Positions 62,206 to 64,000 of a stretch of 64,000 nt of DNA are shown one piece after another; positions within the stretch are counted from its first letter, which is position 1; each line of letters starts with the position of its first letter. The position numbers were made by a program, and so were the translations under genes. The stretch covers positions 18,726,001-18,790,000 of the forward strand of contig NC_086109.1 of assembly GCF_963921235.1 (NCBI RefSeq), in the 5' to 3' direction. The notes beneath the pieces were generated by a model. It had not been told where the DNA came from. It ran no database searches and saw only the letters and a list, made by a program, of their open reading frames with translations. The DNA comes from Mobula hypostoma. Lineage: Eukaryota.

Positions 62206-64000
62206 TCGACCAAAGGAAAATACTAACAGGATGCAGAATAGAGTGCTACAGTGACAGTTACAGAGAAGGTACAGCACAGGTAGATAATAAAGTAGATTGT
62301 GAGGTCAAGAGGTTCACTCCCGAGTTCTATAACTGTGGGATAGAAGCTGCCCTTGACCCTGGTGGTGTGCATTATCAAGTTTTGCATCTTTTGCCAACAG
62401 ATGTTGGGTGGAGGTGTAGAAGAGAAAACACCCAAGTGGGAAGGGTTTTTTGATTATGCAGGCTGCTTTTTCAATACACAGAGAAGTGTAAACAGAGTAA
62501 TTGGAGAAGAAGATAGGGCCAGCAGGCAACTGGACCTAGGAGAGGAAGATTTTTTCTTTTGTCCACTTCCACCTATTTTCCACTGAACACCTCCCGGACC
62601 CAGTTTCTTTAGGCTGCGTATGTTTAGGGAGTACCCACTCCGGTCCCGCCAAACCCGTAAGATTGGAACGGTTCTCCCATCCCAAACCCTGGTGTGTGTG
62701 GATGCTGTGTAATTTGCTACCCTGTTGCAACTCACTGCCAAGAAATAACAGACAGCACACTGCATATGATAAAGAAGTTATATTTATGAATCTTAACTTA
62801 ACCAAGGGGTTACTGAAGAAAAGAAATAAAGAAACAAAAAGGGCCCATTATAATTAAACAGTCAAATGTGCACAAGTTGGAGCTCAAAGGCCTATTCACC
62901 AATCCTCAGTTGACTGTGGCATCTTGCTCCATTGAATTATGGTCCCTCACCGGGTCGACCCCCATGACCGGTTCTTTCCAGCATCTTCTCTCTTCATCTC
63001 CCTCTGAACAAAGGATCCAGCTCACACCGGTGTCAGGCACAGAAAAAAAACCCTCTCCCCTGACTGAATGGAGCGATAAGCCAAACATTGCTTCTACAGA
63101 AAGACCATTATGCTAGCAGTGAAACCTTTCCCAGGGTCTCTGTTCCTCCACATCTCCCACCCTCCTCCCAACCTGGCTCAATTTCCCCGTTATCCTTCAC
63201 TGTTTACAGGTCCACTGGATCCAGTCTGGCCATTTGCCTTCTCCTCTAACTATAACACTATTAATTATCAGGTCTTTATCTCGTCGCTGCCTATACATCA
63301 CTGATGTACACAATTAGACCCATTTTCAAACTTTGGAAAGTAACTCCACTTTCTGCCTTGGCTATCTCCTACCTCCATCCTCCCATCCTACTGTGGGTTT
63401 TGACACAATAATTCCACAATTCCTCCTCCCTCAACTTCCCACATTGCTGCCTGTTCACCCGAGTCCCTCTAGAAGGTTATTTATTGTACCATTCTGAAAA
63501 CCCTGAACATTATCTGGCTTTAGCATCAAACGGCATGAAGTCATCGCTCTCTTGAAAAAATACTTATTGTGCTGCTTGGAAATGAGCATAGCAAATGGCA
63601 CAATGTCAAATAATTGGCTGTTTGTGGCTCATTCTTGTCTTTGAATTGCAAGGTTTGTGCTCTGGGTAGATCATTCTTGATAACATAGCGCAGAAGTAAA
63701 CTACATGTCATCATTAAGCAATGTTCCTGCCTGTCCTGCTGGTTGAGTATTAAAGTTCCCGGCCAACATTTATCCCTCAAACAACAGTAATGTTTAGTTA
63801 TCAAGTTTTTATCTCACTGATGCCTGTACGGCTTGTTCTGTGCAATTAGGCTGTCATTTTCATACTTCGCAAAGCGCCACTGCTTTGTAAACTCAGCCTG
63901 CTGCCTTGAGATATTCTGAGTTTGTGGAATATGCTTTATGGATCCACTTTCTTTCATTAACTAACAGTGATAATTAATAACGCATATAGACCTTCACGTA

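Noticed and set aside
63140..63480. Additional hammerhead in a very old Penelope-like remnant (also ~16945-17075, ~36375-36560)
   Set aside because: Too decayed; catalytic core and stems cannot be reconstructed.

Overview
Repeat-dense vertebrate genomic DNA, intergenic or a large intron, with no host protein-coding exon that I can support. The repeat mix (CR1 LINEs, HE1-like tRNA SINEs, Rex1/Babar and RTE LINE fragments, Penelope pseudo-LTRs) suggests a cartilaginous fish, probably a ray; this is inference. Main landmarks: (1) a structurally bounded but internally deleted Gmr1-like Gypsy element (24170-29063, minus; LTRs, 4-bp TSD, tRNA-Pro PBS, PPT, SCAN-like Gag, integrase upstream of RT); (2) a decayed Tf1/sushi-type chromovirus (46870-51627, minus) with a recognisable self-priming signature; (3) a near-complete CR1 ORF2 (29765-32823); (4) many Penelope pseudo-LTR pieces carrying minimal hammerhead-ribozyme motifs, several inserted as hairpins that pivot at the ribozyme; (5) non-autonomous Tc1, hAT and other DNA elements with TIRs/TSDs; (6) a few unique motif-rich blocks that may be conserved enhancers. 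Most short ORFs in the track are spurious or TE remnants. Boundaries of decayed repeats are approximate.
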